NCBI RefSeq assembly: GCF_009914755.1
Contig: NC_060936.1
Origin: the human T2T-CHM13v2.0 reference genome, Homo sapiens
DNA: 64,000 nucleotides
Direction: 5' to 3' (one strand)
Shown here: one piece after another, positions 1-12,359 of the stretch
Position numbering within the stretch: the first letter of the stretch is position 1
Layout of the letters: each line of letters begins with the position of its first letter
Notes under the pieces: model-generated
Databases searched by the model: none
Seen by the model: only the letters and a program-made list of their open reading frames with translations
Told to the model about the DNA's origin: nothing
Translations under genes and position numbers: made by a program

Positions 1-888
1 GAAGCATAAAAGGGAAAAAAATAAACGTATGCTGTCTATGATAATTATCCTGGATTATTAAAAAATTTATAATTCCTATGATCTGAATAAAAACTCAGGA
101 AATATACATTTCTAAAAAAAGTTTATCCACAGTGGTTTTGTTTGTTTGTTTCGTATGAGAATGATAAAACTCTTAGCAGTCTTTAAAAAAAAAAAAACCT
201 ATTAGAATGTATAGTCCATCCCCACACCTGGCTCCAGGGGTACTAGATAAATACAGGGGCATTATATTTTGACGTCTTTTTAAATGTTTTAAAATTTTGT
301 CTTTTATAGCTATATCAGTTTGAGTTTTTTTTAACAGTTGCTGGCATTTTATGTTGGGTTTGTAAAAACAGTAATGTTGAGAAATATGTATAAATAGTAA
401 ATTGGCTTTTTCTAAAATATAATTTTAAAGGATCACATAAAATTAAAGCTACTTCAGCAAAGCGGGGTTAAATGTCTTTCTGTATACATTAGTTGTGAAT
501 AAAGACATAAAAACACATTACTGCAAAATTTCATAATGGCCTCTTTGTATATACACATGTACATATATGCAAATAGGCCTTTAAGAAATTTTAGAGCAAT
601 ATCCATTCATAATATTGTAACTTGTTAGTCATTTACATACTTCATAATGAAATTGAAATATGAAAAATAGGAATATGAAAGAAATATCCATTCATAATAT
701 TAAATTTCAGACTGGAACATATTTTTTGTTAAAATCAGAGTTTATTTGGAGTGAATCGAATATATCCATTTAAAATTTGCGTACTATGTTAGGTCATTAA
801 AAGTGTCTTAAATCGCCAACTCCAGAAGATGGATAACAATTTCATTCCTGATGGCAATGAATTTCCTTCTTCTGAATTTTTTTATTAG

Positions 889-1036
889 GTGCACTAGGCC
901 TTCCAATGAGGGGGATGAGCAACAATACCCCTCAGTTAAATCGCAGCTTATCACAAGGCACTCAGTTACCGAGCCACGTCACGCCAACAACAGGGGTACC
1001 AACAATGTCACTTCACACGCCTCCATCTCCAAGCAG
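889..1036 (+). CDS. CNOT2: CNOT2 coding exon (exon 5 by recall), ..SALGLPMRGMSNNTPQLNRSLSQGTQLPSHVTPTTGVPTMSLHTPPSPS(R)
   Basis: Acceptor tttattag|GT, donor AG|gtattt; 148 nt; translation matches the recalled human CNOT2 N-terminal region and is phase-compatible with the next exon. Confidence 0.95.
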
Positions 1037-1752
1037 GTATTTATTGATGGACCAGAATATTTTTCAAAATGTATCTTGGTAGAGTAAACAAACTTTTAGT
1101 TTTTTAATAAGGTAATTAATTACTTGATTTTCTGGTTCAGTGCCTTTCACTGAGGAAGAAAATACCTATGCTCTTTTTATTTCAGTGCAAATTGTTAAGT
1201 ACAGTACAAGTGGTTTTTATACTGCAGCTCGCATACTGGTTGTCAGTGGGGTGGATATCAAGGGTTAATCATTTCCTGGGGAGCTTTTTCAAAAGGCACC
1301 TGTCTTCCTCAAAGGAATATGTGCAATTTAAAATTCCTCCCCAGATGATTGTGATCATTGCTCCCTCGCCACACATCCATTGCTCTAATGAGCATAAAGT
1401 AAAACAGATGACATAGACTATACATTTAGTATGCAGAGGATAGAATGATATGCCATTGAAATGAAATTATTCTAAATATGTGTGTGAAATACATTTATAT
1501 TTTATGTCACAGTCACACCAGTAGTTCTCTCATCTTAGATACCACCTTTTATCAGTTGCACTATAATTTGCCCTTTATTGTTTGTTTACTTTTTCTTTTC
1601 AAAGAGCTAGAATGACTAAAGAATTAATAAAAATTAGAACTGCAATTTGAAAGTATATTTGAGATTCTAGGGTTGGACCAATTGATTATTTAAAGAGAAT
1701 TTTAATGAGTGATTGTAGAGAGCTTATTTAGTATAATGGACTTCTTTTTCAG

Positions 1753-1935
1753 GGGTATTTTGCCTATGAATCCTAGGAATATGATGAACCACTCCCAGGT
1801 TGGTCAGGGCATTGGAATTCCTAGCAGGACAAATAGCATGAGCAGTTCAGGGTTAGGTAGCCCCAACAGAAGCTCGCCAAGCATAATATGTATGCCAAAG
1901 CAGCAGCCTTCTCGACAGCCTTTTACTGTGAACAG
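1753..1935 (+). CDS. CNOT2: CNOT2 exon 6, GILPMNPRNMMNHSQVGQGIG..RQPFTVN(S)
   Basis: ctttttcag| acceptor, AG|gtaaga donor; 183 nt; contained in ORF 1709..1939. Confidence 0.97.
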
Positions 1936-3639
1936 GTAAGATGTTTATTGATACTGTGTATAATTGTCTTTCTGGGTATACTCAGATTTGCCTTTTCATA
2001 TTTTCACTTTGTTCTTGAGGTGTGGCTTCTCTCTAATAAGTGTGTTTCATCATGCATTTATGTCCAAAGATTCTGTTACCCATCACAAAACGATACGTTT
2101 TCTTGAAAATCAGGTTGATTTTGGAAAGCACATTAAAACATTTTGTTGTTGTGGTTGTTAGAAAAGGATTGTTCTTGGATTCGCCACCAGGCAAATTTTG
2201 GTTGATATGTCCTCTCTTTATAAAATAAGTTGATTACCTGTGTGGTAAGAGTTCTAGGTTTATGAATAGAACTGGAGACATGTTTGACTATTACTACTTT
2301 GCTTTAGTTATACTTTGAGTACCTTCTCAAGTAAGATTTGGTTTTGTGCATTGGAGACTTACCAACAAAAGACTTTTTAAGATCACATCTATAGTATTTG
2401 AAAACCGTATCATGTTTAGGGATTCAAAACAAAAAAACGGGTTTTTGTACTTTTTCACTTCTCTTTGTACTGTCTGTTGCATATACTTTGCGAATAAGAG
2501 GAGTTACTCATTTTGTTAGGATTTTCAAGCTGTTTGGGTAATTTGTATGAGAATTATGTCTGAAATATAACACTTTCTTGCAAAAGTAGTATTTAAGCTT
2601 GATTGCCTACATGTATATATATGTATTTTTTAAATGGAGAAATGTAGGGGCAAAACTACCTTGATCTAGTTGTTATCATCATACCTGTTTGATTCACTTT
2701 ATTCTGTCTAGTAAAATCTGAATTAAAATAGGTTTAGCACATTTACTGTTTAATCCTCATTCCATAAACTCCAGGTTTTGCTTTTATTTAGATATCTATA
2801 ATTTTACTGCTCTTTTAAATTTTAAAAAACTTATTTGTGAAGGGTTATCAAAATTCTCATCTCCTTGATACCTTTCTAACCTTATATCTTTATCATAACT
2901 TTATCATATCTTTGTGCGTTCTCATAGTATTGGGCATTGAATGTATAAATTTTTACCTTTCCATAGTTTTTCACATTTTGTTTTTAAAATACACTTTGCT
3001 TAAATTGTCAATGTAACATGGATCTCTAAAACCCTGCTTATTTCTACTATTGACAGATTGTATTTATTATAAATTGTTTTCATCTCTGAGCACTTATTCC
3101 ATGTTTGATGGTACCTGTAATAGCATCAGCAATTCTAATATGCTATTAAACAAAAATTTCCATTGACTTTCTGGCTCTTCTCTAGAGTGTTTGTTGTTTT
3201 GTCAGCTGCATGTTTTATCAAAAAATTGTTTCACTATAGGTTTATAGATTTAGTCAAAACCCAAAAAACCCTGTCATCTTCATACAGATTAACCCCGCTT
3301 ACAGCATTGATACACTAAGTGCCTTTTATCAGAAGAATATATGACATTAAAGACATGTGGTTTCACTATAGAATCTGCATTAACAATTCCTGTTGACACT
3401 CTTAATTATTTGGCCTTGCTCTAAGTTCTGCCTTATTTTTTTTTTTTTCTTCACATGCTTAGTCTTGTACAAAAAAGGGAGGGAGGCAACTGTAACTATT
3501 TACGAAATACCAGTTGTGTATTAATTTAAAATTGGGGACACCATAGACTGTGTTTTCTTTTAAGTATATGAAAGGTAAACTATATTTAGATAAGAATGAT
3601 GTATTTTTGAGCACTGAATTCAATTTTAAAACGCACCAT

Positions 3640-3960
3640 TCAATTCAGGTCACTACATATTTATTGAATGTCTATTATGTCTTCCTGAACACTAAAGGGC
3701 AGAAGACACAGAGAGGAGTTTAACATGGGAGGAGTATGACATAAACTCCTGTGTCCATGAGGAGTTTATATTCTAGTTGGGAAGATGAATACTGTAAGAG
3801 AGAAGATCTATTATGAAAAGTAATATTTGCAAGCTTTACCAGTAAAGAAGAAAAACAACTATTTAGCAAGAATAATCTTAACACTAACCTGCATATTTTT
3901 GAGGTTAGGTAATTCAGGTATCCAGGAAGTTGGCTCTTCAAGTACACAAAATGGTGCCCT
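3640..3960 (-). mobile_element. L2 LINE 3' fragment
   Basis: atatttattgaatgtctattatgt start and cctgtgtccatgaggagtttatattctagttggg, typical antisense L2 3' end. Confidence 0.55.
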
Positions 3961-4232
3961 GAATCTGTTTTCCTCAAGGTTCATATATAAATTTTTGAGT
4001 TTTTGTTTTTTAACTAATCTGCCTAAAATGTTCTGGTTCTCATTTGTTCATGGAAGGACTTTAGAGAAGTTTTCAAGTAAAGATAAAGAATAGATTCAGA
4101 AAAATAATATTAGTGTTGGTTTTGAAACATATTGTTATTTTATATGGAGACCAAAAATACACACTTCTGTTTTTCTTCATCTGAAAGTTAGTGTTCTTAC
4201 TGTATATCTAAAACTATTTTCTATGTACCCAG

Positions 4233-4312
4233 TATGTCTGGATTTGGAATGAACAGGAATCAGGCATTTGGAATGAATAACTCCTTATCAAGTAACATTT
4301 TTAATGGAACAG
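4233..4312 (+). CDS. CNOT2: CNOT2 exon 7, MSGFGMNRNQAFGMNNSLSSNIFNGT(D)
   Basis: cccag| acceptor, G|gtaagc donor; 80 nt; frame continuous with flanking exons. Confidence 0.95.
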
Positions 4313-6903
4313 GTAAGCTTATTCTGGAGCTAGTACCCTACAAAAAGTATGATAGATTTATGAAATATAAAGCAATTCAACATACTGGTCTTTAAATACG
4401 GTAGGATTTTTTATTATGTTAGATGGTAGATTTTAATTCAGTGAAAAATAGGAATAGGATTCAATACAGTGAATAGTTGAGAGAGATGTAAATTTTTTTT
4501 ACTTAGCATGGTAACGTAGTAATTTGTGTTATAACATCAGGATTATTTCCTTAACACCTGGAGAGAGCCTACACATTAACTTAGTTAGTATTTATGCCTC
4601 AAAATATTTTGCTTCATAGCTTTTACTGTCCTCAGCCCTGTCACTGTGAGAACTATAGCTTAGACTAGGTTGGGTGGTATGACATTCTGGCTATGGAGAT
4701 CCAGATTGAAGAGAACCTTTAAAATTGTATGGAACACTTACGTTTTTTCTTAATAGTTTTAATAATACTAATGTTGGCATTTAACCTTTATGAATTGTTG
4801 ATTCAGTTTTATGTATAAAATTTAGTTACATGGAAAACCAACTCTGATTTTGACAGTAAAAAATTCCTTCAGTCTTTTGGTTTATTTCTTTTATCAACTG
4901 CTTCAGATAGAAGAGAACAGGAAGCTTTGTTGCTATTTTGCTTTAGGTTTTACCTTCTCCACCCTACAGACCCTTTCCTGAGAAAGGAAATAAAGGATGT
5001 TATGATCATAGGAGCAAAAATGAACAGCATTATTGGAGAGGATTAAATGTAAAGGAAGTGGAAGGTAAAAGAATGCTCACTGAAATGGAGCATTTGTAGA
5101 GGCAAGAGAAGATTTAATAAGGAAATGTCATTTGTAGCTATGAGCTTTTAATTTCTAAATGTTAATGTATGCTCAGCAGCATAGATTAATCACACAAGAT
5201 TAAAATCTTTGAAAAAAGATTCCAAATTTTAGCATTTGTAAGTGGTGGCTTGTGTTCAAGATGTAGTATGAAATACTGTATTCCATTCTTTCTAAAATGT
5301 ACATTTCTTCATAATTTAATGTCTTTGAAATCAGGCTACATCTGCATATCATAGTTTAATTGTAGTTTTTTTCTAAATGTGATGTAAATTAACAGTAAAG
5401 ATGTCTGACAGTGCCATCTTAGATTCTGCATTATGGTTTTATACAGTGCTATAAAACTTGAGAATTATTTTTTAAATTCTGTTTTAACTAAGCATATTTT
5501 ATGCTAGGAAAATTCCCAATTCTTTCATAAAAATATAGATTGGGGGTTTATTAACTTTATTAGGTTGAAACATAGTCTCAAATAATAAATGGCAAATTTA
5601 AATTCCATCTTGGAGGACCTAAAGATGTGTATTAAAAGTTAATATATATTCAAAATGTATGACTCATTTATAATCAAAGAATTTGAGAAATTATAAATTG
5701 AAACAGGATATAAATTTTTAATTTCTACTGTCTTATTCAGTGGTAATTTTTTATTCAAAGTTCTTAAGCTGCAGAAATAAATTTATAAACTGCAGTTTTT
5801 GTAAACAGCCAGGTATAAATGATTTATCCTTTACCCTTGTAATTTGAAATTGTCACCTGTCTTTGAATGTTAATAAATTAATGGTGTCTATTGTTTTTCT
5901 GTCAACAAAGTAATCTTGAGATAACAGTTACTGTTTGAGATTCTTACAGTTGTGAAATTTGGAGAAAACTAAAAATTAATTGGGAAGTGGCAAAATAAAT
6001 TGAAAATGGTAAAACAAAAATTAAAAGCTATAGCGCAGGCTAAAAGGACGGTAGAAAGTTTTCTTCAAAAATTAAGAACCCAAGGTTATAAGAATACTAA
6101 AAAGTTAAGAAATTGAGATGATTAAAATAGACAAAGTAGAGAAGTTGGGTTAAATTTTAATTTTTAAAGGAAGCCAGCTGATTGTTTTAACTTAAAATGA
6201 ACAAAAATACATTTAATTTATTCTATATATATTTATTGAGCGCCTACTGTGTAATAGGTAATATAAACTTCTGGGCTTTGTATCATATTTCTATATTTCC
6301 TATCCATTTACCATATATGGGAACCCTACTGCCACCCTGTTGTACCCCACCCTCAAAATGCGCAAATGCGCACGCACACACGTTTGTATATGAAAGCGGT
6401 CAATTACAGGTGGAAGTCCTCAGGGCTTCTGCTTCACTGCCTGTGCCTCAGCTATATCTTTCTGGCCATTTGCAGGAGGCACTATCATTGTCACCATTTG
6501 TGTGTAACCGAAGCTTCAAGCATTCTAGATATAACCTCCATCTGAGCATAATGAAAAGACAAGTTATATCGTAACAATCTCCCTCTTGTTAGCTCACAAG
6601 CTATAATTTTAGGTTACCATCTTCCATGGGGGAAATATATGCTTTTTATTCTCTTTGTTACATCTCTAGGATTTGGGGTTTCTATTATGCTGGTTGCGTA
6701 TTCCTTTGCTAAATTGTTCATGGAATTCTTTGACATGAAATCAATCTGCAAGTATCTTTTGAGCACCTACATACACCTAGTACAGTGCCGTGCATTATTT
6801 AGGAAGAAGGCGCAATCATTTCGAATTATATTATGGTTGGTTTTTATAATCTCTTAAAAAATATTTGTAGAATCAATAACCAGTGTCCTTTCTTATTATT
6901 TAG

Positions 6904-7029
6904 ACGGAAGTGAAAATGTGACAGGATTGGACCTTTCAGATTTCCCAGCATTAGCAGACCGAAACAGGAGGGAAGGAAGTGGTAACCCAACTCCATTAAT
7001 AAACCCCTTGGCTGGAAGAGCTCCTTATG
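6904..7029 (+). CDS. CNOT2: CNOT2 exon 8, GSENVTGLDLSDFPALADRNRREGSGNPTPLINPLAGRAPY(V)
   Basis: ttatttag| acceptor, G|gtaatt donor; 126 nt. Confidence 0.96.
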
Positions 7030-7436
7030 GTAATTAAGCTTTTTAATGATGGCCAGTAGAAAGTTTCCATTGTATGTGCACACACATATACATTTACATG
7101 TACGTATACATATGCTTGTGTGTGTACACATGTATGTTTGCATTTTCTAATCAGGTTAGTGTAATTTTTTCAGAATTGATATATTAGAAGTGATTTTTCT
7201 TCCCAGAATACCATGATAGCAAAGTTAAATGGGAAAACTTTGTACAAAAACCCAAGAGGAAGTCCTCATTGGTATTCAGAAGTTATTTTCTTCTGTTATC
7301 CCTGCCTTAGTTTACCTTAAGTGTTTTATTTTGTGGTCTGCCTTTTCTCTCCTTAATTGATCACACATTTTTTCAAAATAATATATTCCTGGTGATTAAT
7401 AATGACTGACTATACATTGAAGATGTTTTTCTGAGC

Positions 7437-7681
7437 CAAGGTTTTTCTCAACCTCCACACTGTTGACATTTGGGCCAGGTAATTCTTTGTAGAGAGGAGA
7501 TGTGGGGGGCTATTGTGTTTATACAGAATGTTAAGCAATATTCCTGGCCTTGGCCTACAAGATGCTAGTAGCACTTTCTGTTTCTAACCCCCATAGCCTC
7601 TATTGTGACAGACACAAATGTTTTCAGACATTGGCAGATGTCACCTGGGGAAAAAAAATTGCCCCCTGTTGAAAACCATTG
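7437..7681 (-). mobile_element. MER20 (hAT-Charlie DNA transposon)
   Basis: aaatgttttcagacattggcagatgtcacctgggg...ttgccccctgttgaaaaccattg matches the reverse-complemented MER20 terminus. Confidence 0.75.
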
Positions 7682-8167
7682 CTCATGGGTCATGTATAGC
7701 TTATGCAGACTCTTGGTCTCCGTTAATATCCTTCATCACCCTTTTTCACTGTCTCTAATAGATAAGAAATTTGGCTAATCAGGGATAAATGGAAATAAAG
7801 GAGGGGAAACATATGCAATAACAATATAACAATGTAGATATGAAAATTCTGTGACAGCAATGTAGCTATACTATTTTTATCACATAGTTTTTTTCTTTTG
7901 GGAAAACCTGATAGAGACCAGTAACAAAACGGTGAATTTAAAAGAATCAGTTCATCCATTATTTTAAGATAGAATTAATATTTGATCACATTTTCAACCA
8001 AGAAGGATTTCTGTGCCATTCAGATATGAATACAAATAACAGTATATGAAGAAGGGAAACATTTATTGTTTATATTCTAAAGTTTCCAAATTAGTCTCCC
8101 CAAAATAAAAAAAAAAATGATCTGCCCTGGAAGTTGAGTACCTAGCTACTTGATTCTCAGTTCAGAC

Positions 8168-8350
8168 TCTAATGTTTTTAACCTTTCCTCATAGGTCCAT
8201 TTTTTCATCCCTTTAATCATTCCCGTTGCTCTCCTTGGACCATCTCTAGTTTCTCCATATCGTTCTTGAATTGTGGAGCCCCAAACTGGATATTGTTCTC
8301 CAATAAGGGCCCGACTAATGCCAAGTATAGTGGGAGGATTATTTCCCAGT
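8168..8350 (-). mobile_element. CR1/L3-clade LINE ORF2 C-terminal fragment
   Basis: Minus-strand translation LYLALVGPLLENNIQFGAPQFKNDMEKLEMVQ / RRATGMIKGMKKWTYEERLKTL resembles the CR1 motif LY..LVRPHLEYCVQFW.P..KKD.EKLERVQRRATKMIKG..LSYEERL. Confidence 0.85.
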
Positions 8351-8854
8351 TCTTGCATGTTTTACATCTATAACATGGAGTCCAAGAAAATCTGAAATAA
8401 TATGGAGTTGTTTTATAATTGATTGCAATTTGCTCACTCTGTAAGTCGCTTTCAAGTAGAATACTGACATATTCTTTTAAATTTTATTTTGTTCATTTGT
8501 ATTTGAGAGTTAACTGGTATTTATAATATCTAGTCAAATATTTAAATAAAACAAGCTTTTAAACCAAAATTGTTAATAATTAATCCAATATCAAATTAAA
8601 TTTTTAAGCACCTACGCATGACATGGATTACTGTTGATTTCCCTTGTATTATTTTGTATGTTGAGTTATTAATCAGTAAATGAAAATTTAGTTCTTCATT
8701 GTTACCCTGGATACTAATTTTTTGAAGTACGCTTTCATAGCATTAAAAAAAAGAAACCTTTTGGTGTATTATCATGAGGAAAGTTAACTTTATAATCTGT
8801 AGCAAAATATCATAAATATCAATTGCAATTCTCCGGATTATTTTCATTACATAG

Positions 8855-8979
8855 TTGGAATGGTAACAAAACCAGCAAATGAACAATCCCAGGACTTCTC
8901 AATACACAATGAAGATTTTCCAGCATTACCAGGCTCCAGCTATAAAGATCCAACATCAAGTAATGATGACAGTAAATCT
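8855..8979 (+). CDS. CNOT2: CNOT2 exon 9, GMVTKPANEQSQDFSIHNEDFPALPGSSYKDPTSSNDDSKS
   Basis: catag| acceptor, TCT|gtaagt donor; 125 nt. Confidence 0.96.
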
Positions 8980-9908
8980 GTAAGTAACTGAGAAGTGTGT
9001 ATGTGAGTGATGTAGTTTTTCCCTTCAGATTTCTCTTATATTAACAATTACTTACTAAATACTATTACAAAACTGTTTTATCTTGATATCTGTAATAACC
9101 TAACTTCTGAAGAATGTGGAAAAGCTTTATAACTTAGAAGATAGCCTATTTTTTTCCTATTTCATATAGGTTTGCAAATTTCTGTTGAACTTCTCAGAGT
9201 TAATTTAGACTTTTATTGTAGTCCCTGTCAGCTGGATCCCATGAAGTTTGATAATATAGCCTTCTAAGGAGCTGTGTTTTTCTTGAGTAAGTTTTCTCCT
9301 TGAAGAATTTATACACATTTTTATACCTGTGTTGATTCAACCAACTCAGCTTCTTCTTTCTGACTTAACAAATATGTTTATTTCTTCCACATTTCACTGA
9401 AAATAGCTTTTCTCTGTGTGTGATGGGAGTTTATATATTATTAAAATAATTGATAAAGAAGATCGGTAAGAATTAAAATAAGTACAAAGTTTTAAAGCTT
9501 GTATGTCTAACTTATCTTCAAGGTAGCTTTGGTGATTTTAGGTAATATACTATATTTAGTTTCTCTTTTACATGAAAGCATTGAGGAGTGTAACTTCAAG
9601 TGTATCCCAAAGCATAAAGACCTGAGAAAGAGATAGATTTTTTTTTTTCTGTGACTGAAGATCTGAGATAAATAAGATATTTTCCCTTGATTTCTTTTTC
9701 TTTAAATACTCAAATGTGGATGATATAGGATTTATTTGTATACCATGGAACAATGATGGAAACAATTTTCTATAGAACTTGAAAAACAGGTAATAATTTA
9801 ACTACCAATTTAAATGTAATAAAGAATAAATAGCAAGGTATTAATATGTGAACTTGAATTTGTATACTTAACAAATTTTAATGTCACATTTAATTTTTTT
9901 CATGCTAG

Positions 9909-10029
9909 AATTTGAATACATCTGGCAAGACAACTTCAAGTACAGATGGACCCAAATTCCCTGGAGATAAAAGTTCAACAACACAAAATAATAACCAGCA
10001 GAAAAAAGGGATCCAGGTGTTACCTGATG
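9909..10029 (+). CDS. CNOT2: CNOT2 exon 10, NLNTSGKTTSSTDGPKFPGDKSSTTQNNNQQKKGIQVLPD(G)
   Basis: catgctag| acceptor, G|gtggga donor; 121 nt; overlaps ORF 9912..10100. Confidence 0.96.
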
Positions 10030-10131
10030 GTGGGACTCTAGAAATCTATGTCAAAGATATTATAGAATGCTTTTTTTTCTATTTTTTAACTTTTTCTTGA
10101 AAATAAAAGCAACTGTGTTTTTCCTACCCAG

Positions 10132-10288
10132 GTCGGGTTACTAACATTCCTCAAGGGATGGTGACGGACCAATTTGGAATGATTGGCCTGTTAACATTTA
10201 TCAGGGCAGCAGAGACAGACCCAGGAATGGTACATCTTGCATTAGGAAGTGACTTAACAACATTAGGCCTCAATCTGAACTCTCCTGA
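10132..10288 (+). CDS. CNOT2: CNOT2 exon 11, RVTNIPQGMVTDQFGMIGLLTFIRAAETDPGMVHLALGSDLTTLGLNLNSP(E) (CNOT1-anchoring region)
   Basis: cctacccag| acceptor after a 102-nt intron, GA|gtaagt donor; 157 nt; contains the NOT2-family DQFGMIGLL and LGxDLTTLGLNL motifs. Confidence 0.97.
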
Positions 10289-10478
10289 GTAAGTTTTTTC
10301 TGTTTTTCCATGTCTGTATATAATACCTCTTCAGACTTCCAGTTTTTAATATCATGTCATCAAATTATCTCACCTACTGCTACTCATTGTTAACCTGCTG
10401 ATTCTCTGGGTCATTCCCATTCATGTTAGCTCTTAGATCACTGTCACTCTGCAGTATTCCTTTTATAATTTGGCATTT

Positions 10479-10480
<2 letters not shown>

Positions 10481-10521
<41 letters not shown>

Positions 10522-10546
10522 ATGTGCATGTATATATGTGTGTGTG

Positions 10547-10583
<37 letters not shown>
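10481..10583. repeat. Compound (TG)20-(TA)n-(CA)n microsatellite
   Basis: Read directly; the arms are self-complementary. Confidence 0.97.
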
Positions 10584-10586
<3 letters not shown>

Positions 10587-12359
10587 CCAGAATCCTGAAA
10601 TCTCAGCTCCTTGAATTTCTTTCCTCCAGGAATTTTTGTCCTGTAGTATACTTCAGCCACTCCTTTAGTTATCCCTTTGACCTAGTCATTGTTCGTAACT
10701 GCAGTCTCTCAATTTTAAAATCTGAGCTCGCATGCTTTCCGACTTCCACTTTCTATTTTCTATTTCTCTTCTTCTAGTACTGTGATTCCTGTAATCATTT
10801 CACTCCATTGGGACCTTCAATCTATTGATTCTTCGGTATTTTAACTGTTCTTCCAGATCCCCGTCTCTTTTCCCCTGTGATCAACTCCCTTCTTACCCAT
10901 GAAATTCTGTGGTCAGTCATAATTGTTCATTTACATATCCCATGACTACTTGCCATTTTCTCATGTTGTTATACTTGCATGGCCAAAGCTACAGTACTGA
11001 TTGTTTCTGCCTATTTCATTCCTGACCTGTGCTACTGAGCTCTGCTAGAGAAAAACACATGATATCACTGCCTGGTCTTCCTTTATTTTCATGCCCAGGA
11101 GCCTCAAAAGTAGGCTCTTAATTCTACCAGTGATAATTATACCTTGCATGCTTAGTCCATTTACTCTTTTGCTCTCTTATGCAACTATCGTACACTTCTG
11201 CATGCCCCTAATACCTTTTCTCCTTATTCTTACTATCAAATGATGATCTTGCTTTTCACTTTTACTGTACTAAGAAAGATGGAAGCAATTAGAAGAGCAC
11301 ATTTAGCACAGTCTAGCCAACAAATCTGACTACCTACAGCCACCTACACCTATGTTATTCTTGTTTTCCACCCTATTACCATAATTGACCCATGCGTTCT
11401 ACTTACAACACATTTTCACACTTTGTTGGGTCATTTTCATCAACATAGAAATACATTGTTACTTCTCTCATCTTAGAAGAAAATCTTCCTTTGATCCAAC
11501 CTCCTCCGTAAGTTACTTTCCCATTTCTTTATTTCCCTTTGAAGCGAAACTTTTCAAAGAGTCATCTCCATTTCTCCGACTTGGTCTTCTCCCATTCTCT
11601 GGTAAGCCCATTTCAGTCAGGATTTTGTCCCTGCCACTTCACTAAAGCTGCTTTTATCAAGGTCACCAAATGACCTTCATGTTATTAAATTCAGTGGTCA
11701 CTTGGAGGAACTCTTGCTCCTTGATACACATTCTTGTACTTGAATTTGAGAGCACCATTTTTACCTCATCTTCACTGGTTGGTCTTTTTCAGTTTCCTTT
11801 GCTGGTACCTCCTCCTTTTCTTCTTGACCTCAGTGTCATTCCTCTTCTCTGCATTTACATCCTTGATGATCTTTTTCTAGTCTTATTGTTTTAAATACCA
11901 TATATATTGAGGAATCCCAAACATATGTTTCCATTCCACACTTCTGAGTTTGAGATTTCTACATTCAATTGCCAATTAAATATTTCTTGAATGATCACCC
12001 CCCAACTTATTCTGTCTACAGCCTTTCCAATCTCAGTTAGTGGTAACTCTGTACTTCCAGAAACTTGGCATTATTCTTAACTCCTCTTTCTTTTATACCC
12101 CATAATCAGGCTTTTCCCAAAATATATACAGAATCTAACCAAAGCTCACTACTTTTAACTGCTACCACCCTTGTTTGAATCATTCTCTCTTGCCTGAATA
12201 CTCCATTAGCCAGTCACTGGGGGTCCCTGATTGTCCTTATACCCCTTCCCGTACAATCTCTTCATATAACAGCCAAGACAATCCTTTTTTAATACATTAC
12301 TCCTCTGCTCAACACCCAGTAAATGTTTGTGGTTTCATTATGATTAAAAACCCCAAATC

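Noticed and set aside
6197-6574. 125-aa ORF and TGCGCAAATGCGCA NRF1-like motif in intron 7
   Set aside because: No recognisable protein similarity or splice context; the motif spacing differs from NRF1 TGCGCATGCGCA
10380-10777. CVCV/HTHT ORFs
   Set aside because: Translations of the TG/CA microsatellite
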